Assembly (NCBI RefSeq): GCF_009834535.1
Contig: NC_045697.1
Location: 62,250,001-62,314,000, forward strand
Length of the DNA stretch: 64,000 bases
Direction of reading: 5' to 3'
From: Camelus ferus
Taxonomy: Eukaryota
Both the position numbers and the translations under genes were made by a program. Positions 1-48,689 of this stretch are shown here, piece after piece (the first letter of the stretch is position 1; each line of letters opens with the position of its first letter). The notes under the pieces are model-generated. The model was not told the DNA's origin. It saw only the letters and a program-made list of their open reading frames with translations, and made no database searches.

Positions 1-114
1 ATTATTTCCTTAAAAATGAGGTCTAGGAATGATAAGGAAATAAACTCCCACATGGCAAAAAAAGAAAACCATGGTAAGTTAACTTCGAATTCCATAATTT
101 AAATGTCAATATCA

Positions 115-37105
<36,991 letters not shown>

Positions 37106-37957
37106 GTTGGCAAACGTTTCCCGAGCTCCAAACTCTAGAAATCACAGAGAACAGTGCGCAGCAACCGCCGACATCCGCAGCGTGAAGCGAAGTGATTTCC
37201 GTCTCTGGTGTTCCCAGAATACTCTGCGTCCCACGCAAAACTCCGCCCACAATACGTCATTGTAAAGTCTGCGCCTGTGCGAAGTTTAAGCAAAGGTTCC
37301 CGAAGTGTTAGTATGCACATGCAGAATTTGCAGTCCCCCGCTTCTGCAGCTTTCGGCGAGGACCACTCCTACTGTCTCAGGGTTGGATCCAGCCAATGAC
37401 AGTTTTTGTTTTCAATGTTGTTGCACATATAATGGCACCTGGAAAAAAATATAAAGAATCTATACTAATAGGTTTTAGATTGAGCTGTGAGTGTGCAACA
37501 TTCGATGCTTTTTTTTTTTAGTTCAAAGACTTAAAAACACGAAACTTTAAAAACCGATTTCTGTATACATCAACTATACCTCAATTTTTTTAAAGGTTCA
37601 AAAGTGTGATTTCTGAACGGCAGGTAGTGCCGACGGTAGAGCGTTGAAGAAGTCTGAAACTGAACAAACCCTCACTCAGTTAATTAACCTTTTCGGCCAA
37701 CCTAGCCCTTTTCGGCCAACCTAGCTCAGTCTAAGTCCCTGGTACTTTTACCTCCGCGTTAAGTGTTTCCAGGCCAAAGAACTCTCATCGCGAGAACTCA
37801 CGACATTAGATTTAGGAGGAGGAGCGGAAGTGCGCCCACTGACAAATGACTGCTCTCAGGTAGTCCCGGGCTTTCCTCCAGTGATTAACGCGACTCTGGG
37901 GCCTCAGTGCGCATGCGAACAGGTGGCCCCGCCCCTTTGCCCGCGTTCGCGTTTCTC
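37106..37957. promoter_or_regulatory. Bidirectional CpG-island promoter and 5'UTRs shared by POLR2B and NOA1
   Basis: Divergent start codons ~850 bp apart; CpG-rich; CGCG-element-like TCTCGCGATG (minus strand, 37786-37795), ETS/GABPA CGGAAGTG (37825-37832), NRF1-type TGCGCATGCG (37908-37917), GC boxes (37240-37248, 37926-37935). Confidence 0.9.
37688..37725. repeat. Perfect 19-bp tandem duplication in the promoter
   Basis: ccttttcggccaacctagc x2. Confidence 0.95.
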
Positions 37958-39101
37958 ATGCTGCCCGCGCGTTTCACGTCTAGGCTGCTATGCAGGGTCC
38001 TGCGGGGATCCGCTCTCATGGTAGTGCGCCATGGCCTCCGGGAGACGCTTCTGGAGAGGAGATGCGCCGCCAGCTGCTCCCAGCGCCCATCGGGCCTGGG
38101 TCGTGGGCCTCCCTGTGGCCCGACAGCGACTGGGGGTTACGAGGGAAGTGCTGACATGGAGGAGCATTTTCTGTTCCCCGAGTACGTCCCGGATCCGGAG
38201 CCCGCACTGAGCCTCCAACACCGGCTGCAGGAGCTGCAGCAGCGGCAGGAGGAAGAGGAGCAACAGAGGCAACAGCGGCGGGAGGAACGGCGGCTACGGA
38301 AGCTAAAGGCGAGCGGGCGAGTGCACCCGGTGGTGGGGCACCCGGACCCGACGGTGCCGCCTAGCGGCCTGAACTGTTCGGGCTGCGGGGCGGAACTGCA
38401 CTGCCAGGACCCCGGCTTGCCCGGCTACCTGCCCAGCGAGAAATTCAGCGCGGCGGCTCAGACCGAAGGCGGGCTGGCGCGGACGGTGTGCCAGCGCTGC
38501 TGGCTGCTGGTTCATCACCGGCGCGCCCTGCGTCTGCAGGTGAGCCACGAGCAGTACTTGGAGCTGGTGAGCGCCGCACTGCGGCGGCCCGAGCCCTCCC
38601 TGGTGCTCTACATGGTGGACCTCCTCGATCTGCCGGACAACTTGCTGCCTCACCTGCCCGCGTTGGTGGGCCCCAAGCAGCTGATCGTGCTAGGAAACAA
38701 GGTGGACCTGCTGCCCCAGGATACTCCTGGTTACCGGCAGCGGCTCCGGGAGCGACTGTGGGACGATTGTGCCCGCGCCGGGCTCCTGCCGCCCCCTGGC
38801 TACCGAAGGCCGCAACACCCCAGCGGGGACCGGCCTCGGGACGGGGAGGAGAATGCGACTCCTTCGACCAAGTCCCGCACAGTGCTCAGGGACGTGCGGC
38901 TCATCAGCGCCAAGACTGGCTATGGAGTCGAAGAATTGATCTCCGTGCTCCAGCGCTCCTGGCGCTACCGTGGCGACGTCTACTTGGTTGGCGCCACCAA
39001 CACTGGCAAGTCCACTCTCTTCAACACGCTCCTGGAGTCAGATTACTGCATCGCCAAGGGTGCTGAGGCTATCGACAGGGCCACCATCTCCCCTTGGCCT
39101 G
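37958..39101 (+). CDS. NOA1: NOA1 exon 1
   Basis: [11 protein letters not shown]...RATISPWP; 1144 nt; GTGAG donor. Confidence 0.96.
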
Positions 39102-42100
39102 GTGAGCATTAGGCGGCCCGCCCCCTTGGTTTTCTGAGAAGTCTGGTCGCGATTCGGGCACCTAGTACTATATCCTTCCTTTGTGTACACCAGAGGCTGA
39201 TTGGAGCCTTCCCTTGAAAAATTCTCTGCCTACTTTAGTCACACCTCTGTTCTGTGTCAGTTTAGTGCTAGGAAATACAGTATATGTTGTAACTTTCCAA
39301 AAGAAATAATTAAGAGTACTTCTGTGTTCCAGTCACTGTTCTGGCACCTATAGGGGACACAGGGAAGTTCCTGCTCTCTTGGAGGTTTCCCTTGTAGCTT
39401 TAGTTCTTTGTATGTTTCTCCAAAAAGTCCTTTTACTTTCTAAACCTCTCTCCACCCCCTCAGTCTTACTCTTCATGTCTTCAGTTTATTCACGACATCT
39501 GTATACCATACACATTTAACATTTGAATAATTCACTAATGCAGCATGGTACATGACTTTGTAGAGAGGAAATGTCAACTTTGTGGCTTTAAGGAATGTCT
39601 GTATTAACTGCAAAATGGGTCCTTCTGTGACCCTGTTTGTATCTAACAGTTGGCAAAAGGAACTACTTCGTTTGTTCCTTTGAAACCAGTGTTTAACTTT
39701 GCTTGATAAGCTGTACTTCTCTGTCCTGGAGTTTGGTTGACTTATACATAGAAGTGCTTTTATAATGGTTAGTAGTATGGAGAAGATGGGAAGAGAACAG
39801 GCCTATAGATTTGGTATTCAAATCCTGGTTGAGCCTGTGAGCCAATCTCTTGAGTTTACTTCCTCATCTGTAAAGTAAGGATAATCTTGTAGAGAATTGT
39901 CCTGAAAGTTAAGAGAAATAATCACAGTACCCAAGACAGTGTAGCTTCTCATAAATGTTAGTTTTACTCCATTTTCTTGTACAATGTTTATAATAACGTA
40001 TTTATTCTTTGGTATTTTAGGTACTACCTTAAATCTCCTGAAGTTTCCTATCTGTAACCCAACCCCTTACAGAATGTTTCAAAGGCAAAAAAGGCTTAAA
40101 AGAAATGCATCTGAAGTGGAAAAAGATCTTAGCCAGCAAGAACAAAATCAACTTAATGTCTTGAAAAAGCATGGTTATGTAGTAGGTAAGCACCTTCTAT
40201 AGCAAAAGTCTTATTGGGTCTATGCTAAAATTCTTTGTTGAGCAACCTGAACTACAGCTCTGTGGGGCTAGCCAGTTTTGGAGGGAGAAATTAGTCATTT
40301 TGGAACATAGAGTTCCTTTTAGAGGCAAGGCTAATGTTTGGAAATCCAGAATTCATTGCACTGGGAAAGTTGAGACAGTAGATATTAAAGGAAGCAAAAG
40401 GAAGGAAAGGAAGCGTGAATAACTGCCTCCTATCTGGCCATTGTCAGTGGTAGAAGCATTTTCACAGAGATTCCAGCCCCCTCCTTGCAAACCAGTACAG
40501 GCTGTTGAACTGTACCAGCTTTAAAGTGGATGGTCCCTCTTTCCTTGGTATCTTTTTTCAACCTTTCTTTACTAAAAACAGTTTGATTTCCAACACTATC
40601 TCCCCACACCCCCACTCCCCCCACTTAGTATGCACAGCCATACATACATACTTGGTCAGTATAAGAGTCTGACTCTCACTGCCTTTAGAAATAAAGCAAA
40701 AGTATCATTGTAGTCTCACTTCCTTCCATACACCATAGTCTTAGTAACTTGTTTGAGGCAAACATAAGAATTATCTGTCTTGAGTCAAAATCTTTAAAGG
40801 AGTAACTACTAACTTCAGTATAACTTGTTCTAGGAAGAGTTGGAAGAACATTCTTGTATTCAGAAGAACAGAAGGATGAAGCTACCTTCGAGTTTGATGC
40901 TGATTCACTTGCCTTTGGCATGGGAAATGAACCTCTTACAGTTGCAGCTAAATCCACCAAACGAGTAGAATTAACCCCACAAGATGTGAAAGATGCCCAC
41001 TGGTTTTACGACACCCCTGGAATTACAAAAGAAAATTGTGTATGTATTTGATGTGTTTTAGAAACATTAACTTTTAATTGTACAACTACTCTCTTAATTG
41101 GCAAAAAAGAGGTGCCCTTTTCTTTTAGACTCAGTTCTGATTCACTCATAGAACCGGTTCAGAGATGAATCTATAAACCATCAAGTTCTATATGCTATTA
41201 TGTAGGCTTCACTGCTGACAACCTACTTACATCTTTGGGGTTATAATACCTAAAATCCCAACCTACTTATAACTTTTGTGGTTATAGTACCTAAAATACC
41301 AACCTTAGTGAGGGAGACATTTACAGAATCCTAGATTTTGAGGTTGAAAGAAATAAATATCACTACAGTCCAGTCACCTGTTTCATGCTTGAATTCCCTC
41401 TATAACATATCCATCAAGCAGTGAACCCAGCATGACTCGCATTCACCTGAAACAGTGTCACCTCACCTTCCAAGTTCACCTCTTTGGTCTTTGACTGCTC
41501 TTTGTATTGAGCTGAGCAATCTCCCTGTCACTTGTCCTCCTTGTTCCCTAAAGCTGTACAGAACAAATGTAATGCCTCTTTACTTTTCCAGACTTTGAAG
41601 TATTTTAAAGTATACTGTTCTCTCTCTCCTTCATTCTACCCTTTTTTTCTTTCACTGGTTCATCTGACAAAGATGGAATACTTAGTGTGCTGACATAATC
41701 CAGACGATTTGTCTCCATTTCCTATAGCTATTCTCTTTGATGGGCTAGTGATGAACACAAGCCCTTTGTCACAATGATTTCTAATTTGTTTTTGTTCTTA
41801 AAGTATGACATAAACAACTAAATTTCTTGTATAAGTGCCTCAGATGAGCCTAATTAGAATAGGATTAACTCTATCTATCTTGTTTTTGCACGTATTTTTA
41901 ATCTACTTGCAGAATCTCCTGGGCAATTTGGATTTTATCTTCAATTCAGCCTATATCCTACATGCTCATTAAATCTCACCTTTTATTCATCTGCAGTTTG
42001 GATCATCATCCAAGTCATCAATTGAGTCAAGTGTGCATTTAGGATACAGCCTTAGAACAGATCCATTAATCAGCTTCCTCTGAATCTGGTTACTGACCAG

Positions 42101-44755
42101 GTTCTAATTTACCTAATTGTCTATGTATAGTTCTGTGAAACAACATTAGATTCTTAAGTATTTTTCCTCCCTTTTGCCTCATCAGAATCACTTATAGTTT
42201 CATTCTCAGAATTGTATTCTATCTGGTGTCCCCATATAGGTCTTTTAACCTTTTTTGCCCTCTACAGTAATTGTTTGTGTCCAGTCTTTTCTTCTTTAGC
42301 AATCCAGAACTTCAGAGCAACTGTACTGCTTCCTAGTAATGTTCTGTCACTTTAAGTTCACCAATTCATTCTCCCCTTTTAGACTCAGGTCAGGGATAGC
42401 AGTTACTTTGGTCATGTGTACCCTCTAGTCAATTAGTCAGAAAGGCAAGAACCCAGCAGTGAGACCTGCAAGGTTTTAAATATAAAAGTTCTTTCAGGCA
42501 GTAGGATTCAGTGTCAGTTTATTGATCTATTTATTTGATGCCTTCAACCAGTGTTTCCTAAACTGAACCAAGGAACTCTGTTGTGAAATGGAAGTATTAG
42601 GGTCTCTGGTAAAAGGGTTAAAAGATTTCTTTACTGCAGGTGGCTTTTAATATATATATCATTTAATTTTACTTAACAGTAGACTAAAAGAGATAAATGA
42701 ATCCAAGATAATAGCAATCCTTTACATTTTTCCTCTATTCCTTGAGCCCGTCAATTTTAGGGCTGGGCTTTTTCACATTTACAGGGAAATTCCTATTCTA
42801 ATGCCATGTTATGTTGTTCCAGATCACATAAAAAGATGGAGGGGTTCTCAGTTTGTTCTACAAAAGTGTGAAACTCTTATTTTTAAATGTGATAAGTAGC
42901 TATAAATTTGTGACCACTGTCATTCATAAACTTAGATTCTGGAGCTAATTAAACTTTCTATTATAAGGAACAATATTTGAAAAAACAACAACAGCAAAAG
43001 ATAAACGTCCAAATCACCCGTAAACAAGAGGAACACAAAGATGCTCTACAGTGTTCCTTCCAGGCAGGTGGCTTTTAATGTGCTGTGTCAAACACAAATT
43101 CTAAGAAAAACTATTTGCAGCCCCTTTATGTATTTTCTTGTGAGCCTGTCTTGAATATGACACATTTTTTATCTCCTTGTTATTTTTCTTAAGGTGCAAG
43201 TTCTCAAAAGTTTCTTACCTGTTTCTTAACTTTCTCTATTTTCTTTTAAATCAGATTTTGATTCCTTAAATCTTGCCAGAATCTTGTATGCCTGGCTTTC
43301 CTTTTCTTTTTTCTCTAGTCTCTTTAGGAGCTCTTCATCCTTAGAAGCCACAGGATTTATAACTTTCTCTCTGTCTCTCTCTCCTTTTTTTCCCCCCCCG
43401 AGTATTTGGGGAAAATAAGGAAACCAAAGACGGGAATTTAGAAAAGTTTCTTCAGGCTCTTTACTTGCTCCTAGAAGTGGGTGATCATTGCAAAAGTGCA
43501 TACTTTCCACTCTAGGATTAAATGTGGCATGTTACGTGACCTTTAGCTGACAACTGCTGCTCCCCAGAAGCCTTGATGGAGACAACCTATTTTCTAGCTT
43601 GGGATTGAATCATTAGGGCTTTCAGTTCACACCAAATTTGACAGAATTCGGGGGATGCTTCTGTTTCATACTCCTATAAAGTTATTTTGCCATTACTCAA
43701 GATTAAGTTATAAAATAGAGCCATTCGTAAAATGATTCATTTAAGCAGAAAGAATATATGAATTTTATGTGCAGCAAAATCTGGAATACATAGTTTTATT
43801 TATTATGAAGCCTGCAATATTTTATTATCACTTTTTATCTTACAGGTATATCACAATATATATGTTCATTGAAAGTAATTCTCTGAAAACTCTGCCTTTT
43901 GCTTTATAGATTTTAAATCTTCTAACAGAAAAAGAAGTAAATGTTGTTTTGCCAACACACTCCATTGTTCCAAGAACTTTTGTGCTTAAACCAGGAATGG
44001 TTCTATTTTTGGGTGCCATAGGCCGCATAGATTTTCTGCAGGTAAGGAAAGTCTGTACCACTAAGAAATGACTTAGTATTGGGATTTACTTTAAGGAAGC
44101 AGATAGAGGAACAAAACTAGGTCTTCCCTTTGTAGGGCTGATACACTATTCTTTTATGTGTATATGTTTGAAAATGTCCGTAATAAAAACTTAGGAAAAA
44201 GAAATGGAGGGAAAAAGTACTAGGTATTAAAACCTGTATTTTCAATAGGAAGTTAAGTGCCCCATTCAGCTTGGCATTAAGAAAAGATACTTTGCCTCTG
44301 ATATTGTTTTATGTTGAAATGTTTTATGTGGAAATTAGAGCTCACGGCTTTAGGTACAGAGTTTATATGCATTAAATAAATTTTACACTTTTTATATCCC
44401 ATGTATGTGTAATTTTATGTATTTTTTGATTTGGTATTCATTTACATAGCATCATTCAGGGATTTTAGAGTATCTATAGAGTTGATCCCTGTTTTGCCAA
44501 AGTGAGGAGAAAAAGGAAAATGAAACATGGATATGTCCAACAGCACTGAATGTAACTTGCAGGCCATTGCCTATAGCAACTTCTTGGGTTTGTGTGGGTT
44601 TATAATTTGTTGGAAAGTTAGACTTTCACACTTAACACCTGTTAAAACACTTAATTCCCCTTAGAGCCCATAGAATGTTAATATTTTAAACTTAACTTTA
44701 TACAGGGACATATAAACTAGACAGTATTTCCTTTTGCTTTTCAAAACAGAAGTTT

Positions 44756-44791
<36 letters not shown>

Positions 44792-47700
44792 TATCAACAA
44801 GCCTATAGAAGGAATCATAGTCCCATAAACAGGTGAAATGCACTGCTTCTGCCATATTTTGCTCCCTTTTTTAGACATTGATGTAGTTTGATTACAGTTA
44901 CCAGGGAGTTTGATTTTTTTCCTTTAATTGTACCTTGTAATGTGCTGGTTTTGCAAATTTTTCATTGTATGAAATAAATCCTTCTTCTTTTCTTAAGGGG
45001 AATCAGTCAGCATGGTTTACAGTTGTGGCTTCAAACTTCCTTCCCGTGCACATTACTTCCTTGGACAGGGCAGACACTATGTATCAGAAGCATGCGGGTC
45101 ATACATTACTCAAGGTAAGGGGACAGGCTTTGATGGTTGCATAGTTGGGTTAACATCCCCTGTGACAGTCCCTCGGCCCTGTTAAGAAAGCCTTTGTTGG
45201 ACAGAACCATCTTCATTACACCAACAGCTAGCTTTCCCCTTACCCTGTTCACCTTGAGAATTTTGGCTATAAAGTGAGGTGGGCTCTTATAAGAAAAGGG
45301 ATGTTGGATTGGACTGATCCTAGAATAGTGACAGAGCTGGGTTTTTCTAGGTAACACTGTCCAAAACGGTAGCCACATGTGGCTATTAAAGTAAATTAAT
45401 TACAATTTAATAAAATTGAAAATTCAGTTTTTTTGTCATTGTGACCACTTTTCAACTGCCCAGCAGCCACGTCATTGCAGAAAGTTGTATTGGATAGTGC
45501 GGAGTGAAGAGAAGTTACAGGTATTCTCACAACTTGGGGTGCTGCTGGCATCTAGAGGGGGAGGCCGGAGAGGATGCTAACCATCCTGCAGGGCACAGGA
45601 TAGCCCCCACAGCCAAGACCTACCTGGTGCAAGATGTCAGAAGTGCCGAAATTGAGAAGCTGTCGTTGGGGTGGAAAAGCTCTCCTCCCAGGTTTTTATA
45701 ATCCCAGACACTTACAGATTTTCCCACCTCTTCTCTCCTGCTCTACTTCCTTCCTTCCTTGGGCTTGTGAGTACTGTGTTAAAATTTCTCTGGTCTTAAA
45801 AGACAAAACAAAATTCAGTGTTCTGCTCATTCCTTCTCTTTACAATCTAGGTTATTCTTGCTCCTCACGTCCCATCCTCTGCAGTCCCTGTTTGGCCCTT
45901 TCTGTGCCACTGAAATTGTTCTTACTAAGTCCTCCTTAGACCGAGTGGGGACTGTTCAGCTCTAACCAGACATGCTGTAGACACTGTTGGCTAGTGTATA
46001 ATATTTAAGATCATTGGAGCCAGACTGGGTTCAAATCCCGCTCTGCTCCACCACTTAGCAAAGCCGTGTGACTTTAGGCAAGTTTTTCTTTTAATCTCTG
46101 TCCGTTGTACCTATGTCATAAGGTTGTGGAGAAGATTAAATTCCAGGGCACCGTTGTAACCACTATATAAGTATCTGTGGTGGTGGTGGTGATGATGAGG
46201 ATGATGATGATGATGGTGGTGGGATGTATTTACTGCAAAAATAGCTGCATCCAGTGATTTACCATTAACTAAGGCTCATGCAACCGGAAGTAAGTCAAAA
46301 TGCAGAATAAACACCCACCCTTCAGTGAGGATAAAACTAACCTGACTTGAGGAGTAAATGCTTCCTTCTCTCTGGATTTCCTAAGGAAGCCACTGTGAAA
46401 TTAAAACTCCATTGAGATAACTGCCCTAAAGTGAATACTCCAGAGACATGTAGAATTTGCGAAGTAGTGAGCATATAAAAGCAAATAGCAATATTGGATC
46501 TGTCAATTTTTGTACCACAGAAGACCTCGGTTCTTCTGTTAAATTCATTCACTTTTTAGATAAAACAATTAATACACAAATTGTAAGACAACTTGAGACC
46601 TACAGGAAAGAAAATGTCCTTCGTTTATACAGCTGTCATAAAAATGAACACTATGGTGTTCTACCCCCATGCATCTGTGTAGTTTTCAGAATGAACAGCA
46701 CTGATACTTCTCAAAGCAACAGGCAGACTTCTCTCCCAGCATAATATAAACAGTTTCTTGGGCTGCCCTGAGAATCATCCTTGCCTTCTGGTTTTACTCA
46801 CTTCCCAAGTCAAAGTCAGTCCTGCCTCTTAGTTATCACTGAAACCAGCTTCGTAGTCCAAACATAATCTGCTTCCATTAGGCTATTTTTGAGATCTTTA
46901 AGTATTTTTCCAGCTTTCAGTTTCTACTCCTACCCCACCCTACTAGAGCTGTGGTTCTCAACCAGGGTTGACTCTTACCCCAAGGGGCCATCTGGCAAAG
47001 CCTGGAGAAATTTTTGGTTTCACATCTTGGTGGATGCTGAGTAGAGAGGCCAGAAATGCTGCTAAAAATTATACAATGCACAGGACAGCCTCCCCCAACA
47101 GAGAATTATTCAGCCCAAAAGGTCAGGAGTGCTGAGGTTGAAAGCCCTGCACTAGGGAGATTTTTCCAAAATACAAAGCAAGTCACAGTATTCTTTTTTT
47201 ATCCTTACCTCTTCTCTGACCTACTTAAAATTCCTTGGTAGTTCCACATTACTGAGAGAAGTCTCATAACTATTACGCACGCACAAATACACCTCCCCCC
47301 CAACAATTAAACTACAGTTCCCTGAACCCATTATCTTCTTTTCAGTTTTTGTATCTGTACATGATTCTAACCCAGAATACCTTTCCACTGAGTGACTTCA
47401 ACCTGTTTTTCAAAATACTGCTCTTCATTAATGTTTTCTTTGACTGAAACACTTCCATTACTTCTTCCTCCACAACCATAGTACTTAATAGATGCCTCTC
47501 ATTGCATTTCTTACTTTGTAATTAGTTTACATGTTATTTCCACTTTCTGATTTACTTGGGGGCAGGAGCCATATTGTAACATCTGTCTTAATGTCCTTAC
47601 TGTAAAACACAGAGAGATCTATTAATAAGTAAGTTATTATCCAGTTCCAATCCACGGAAACACCTGTAAACATAGAAACTGAATCTTACCCATTATACAT

Positions 47701-48689
47701 GTACCCTTGACTTGTAATGAGGTGGGGATTAATCTCCCAGTCCATCCAGGCCTATAAGAACTAAGGTGTTTGGAAGGATGTTGCCTTAATTGCCCAACGT
47801 TATTGTCTGTAGAGCTGTAAAAATAGTGTAAGCTAATAAAGCAAGATTCTGCTATCTGGAGGTTACCACCAGATGGATGCCCACATGGGGCCCTTGACGC
47901 TGGGAGTGTTTGGAATGTTTAAATGTTAAACAGTTGAATATTTGAAAGGATTTTATTCTTGATACCCTCCCAGAATTATCAATGCCTTACTTAATATTAG
48001 AGTTATGAGGTGTTTAATTTGAACTTCCAAATATCTTCATTTCCTTCCCATGGAAGGTTCCAATGGGTGGAGAAGAAAGAATGGCATCATTTCCTCCTCT
48101 TGTTGCTGAAGACATTACATTAGACGAAGGACCTGGGGAATCTGAAGCAGTGGCTGATATCAAGTTCTCCTCTGCAGGTAATTTTACACTAAGCACTTTT
48201 TAAAAGGTAAATAAAGTAGCCTTACTAACTTACAGTACATTTTTATATAAATGTACCTTAACTGACATAGCTGAATATTTAAGAATTACATACTACTTTA
48301 TTCATAAGATGCAACCTACTCTGAAAATAAATTTGTACCTTTTCGCAAATGCATAGTATGTCTTAAAAAAAAAAAAATAGAGTGAAAGACAGCAGCAGCC
48401 TCCTTTAGGTCTCCATTCTAAGCTGCGTTTGGTGTTTTTGGTAAGGTGGTTGCTAACACCCATTTGCGTTCTGCCCCTTGCCTGCATAGGCTGGGTCGCA
48501 GTAACGCCTCAGTTTAAGGACAGACTGCACCTCCGAGGCTATACACCTCAAGGAACAGCACTGACGGTCCGGCCCCCGCTCTTACCACATATCGTCAACA
48601 TCAAAGGAAAGCGCATCCCGAGAAGCGTGGCCTATAAAACCAAGAAGCCTCCTGCCCTTGTGTACAATCTGCAGAAAAAGAAAAAATAG
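37958..48689 (+). CDS. NOA1: Nitric oxide-associated protein 1, mitochondrial circularly permuted GTPase (YqeH family); spliced gene span, 7 exons, 694 aa
   Basis: Exons join to 2085 nt with stop; Arg-rich N-terminal presequence, CSGC and CQRC zinc motifs, G-motif order G4 NKVD, G5 SAK, G1 GATNTGKS, G2 T, G3 DTPG. Confidence 0.98.
39765..39965 (+). mobile_element. MIR SINE remnant
   Basis: ttcaaatcctgg...ttcctcatctgtaaagtaaggataat core. Confidence 0.65.
40021..40185 (+). CDS. NOA1: NOA1 exon 2
   Basis: [20 protein letters not shown]...KKHGYVV; 165 nt. Confidence 0.96.
40834..41039 (+). CDS. NOA1: NOA1 exon 3
   Basis: [13 protein letters not shown]...[14 protein letters not shown]; 206 nt; includes G3 DTPG. 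Confidence 0.96.
41220..41305. repeat. Imperfect ~40-bp tandem duplication
   Basis: aacctacttacatctttggggttataatacctaaaatccc / aacctacttataacttttgtggttatagtacctaaaatacc. Confidence 0.85.
42652..43063 (-). mobile_element. TSD-flanked retroposed insertion of unrecognised sequence
   Basis: 16-bp direct repeats gcaggtggcttttaat (42636-42651 / 43064-43079); TT/AAAA site and ATTAAA plus AT tail on the minus strand. Confidence 0.65.
43910..44041 (+). CDS. NOA1: NOA1 exon 4
   Basis: [44 protein letters not shown]; 132 nt. Confidence 0.95.
44756..44791. repeat. (ATG)12 microsatellite
   Basis: Perfect trinucleotide run in NOA1 intron 4. Confidence 0.95.
44998..45114 (+). CDS. NOA1: NOA1 exon 5
   Basis: [39 protein letters not shown]; 117 nt. 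Confidence 0.95.
45353..45500. mobile_element. hAT-Charlie MITE (MER3-like)
   Basis: ctgtccaa...tagccacatgtggctatt...gcagaaagtt.tattggatagtgc. Confidence 0.7.
45525..45662. mobile_element. MER20-like fragment
   Basis: gctgctggcatctag...gaggcc...gatgcta.ccatcctgca..gcacagga.agccccca...agtgccga.attgagaa. Confidence 0.7.
46950..47150. mobile_element. MER20-like hAT element
   Basis: ctgtggttctcaacc ... gcacaggacagcc...aattattcagcccaaa...gtgctgaggttgaaagccctg termini. Confidence 0.78.
48057..48177 (+). CDS. NOA1: NOA1 exon 6
   Basis: [40 protein letters not shown]; 121 nt. Confidence 0.94.
48490..48689 (+). CDS. NOA1: NOA1 exon 7 (terminal coding part)
   Basis: [23 protein letters not shown]...[11 protein letters not shown] at 48687-48689. 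Confidence 0.95.

Noticed and set aside
38488..39066. 192-aa alternative-frame ORF and antisense ORFs (37988-38653) over NOA1 exon 1
   Set aside because: Expected shadow ORFs of GC-rich coding sequence; low complexity and no recognisable domain.
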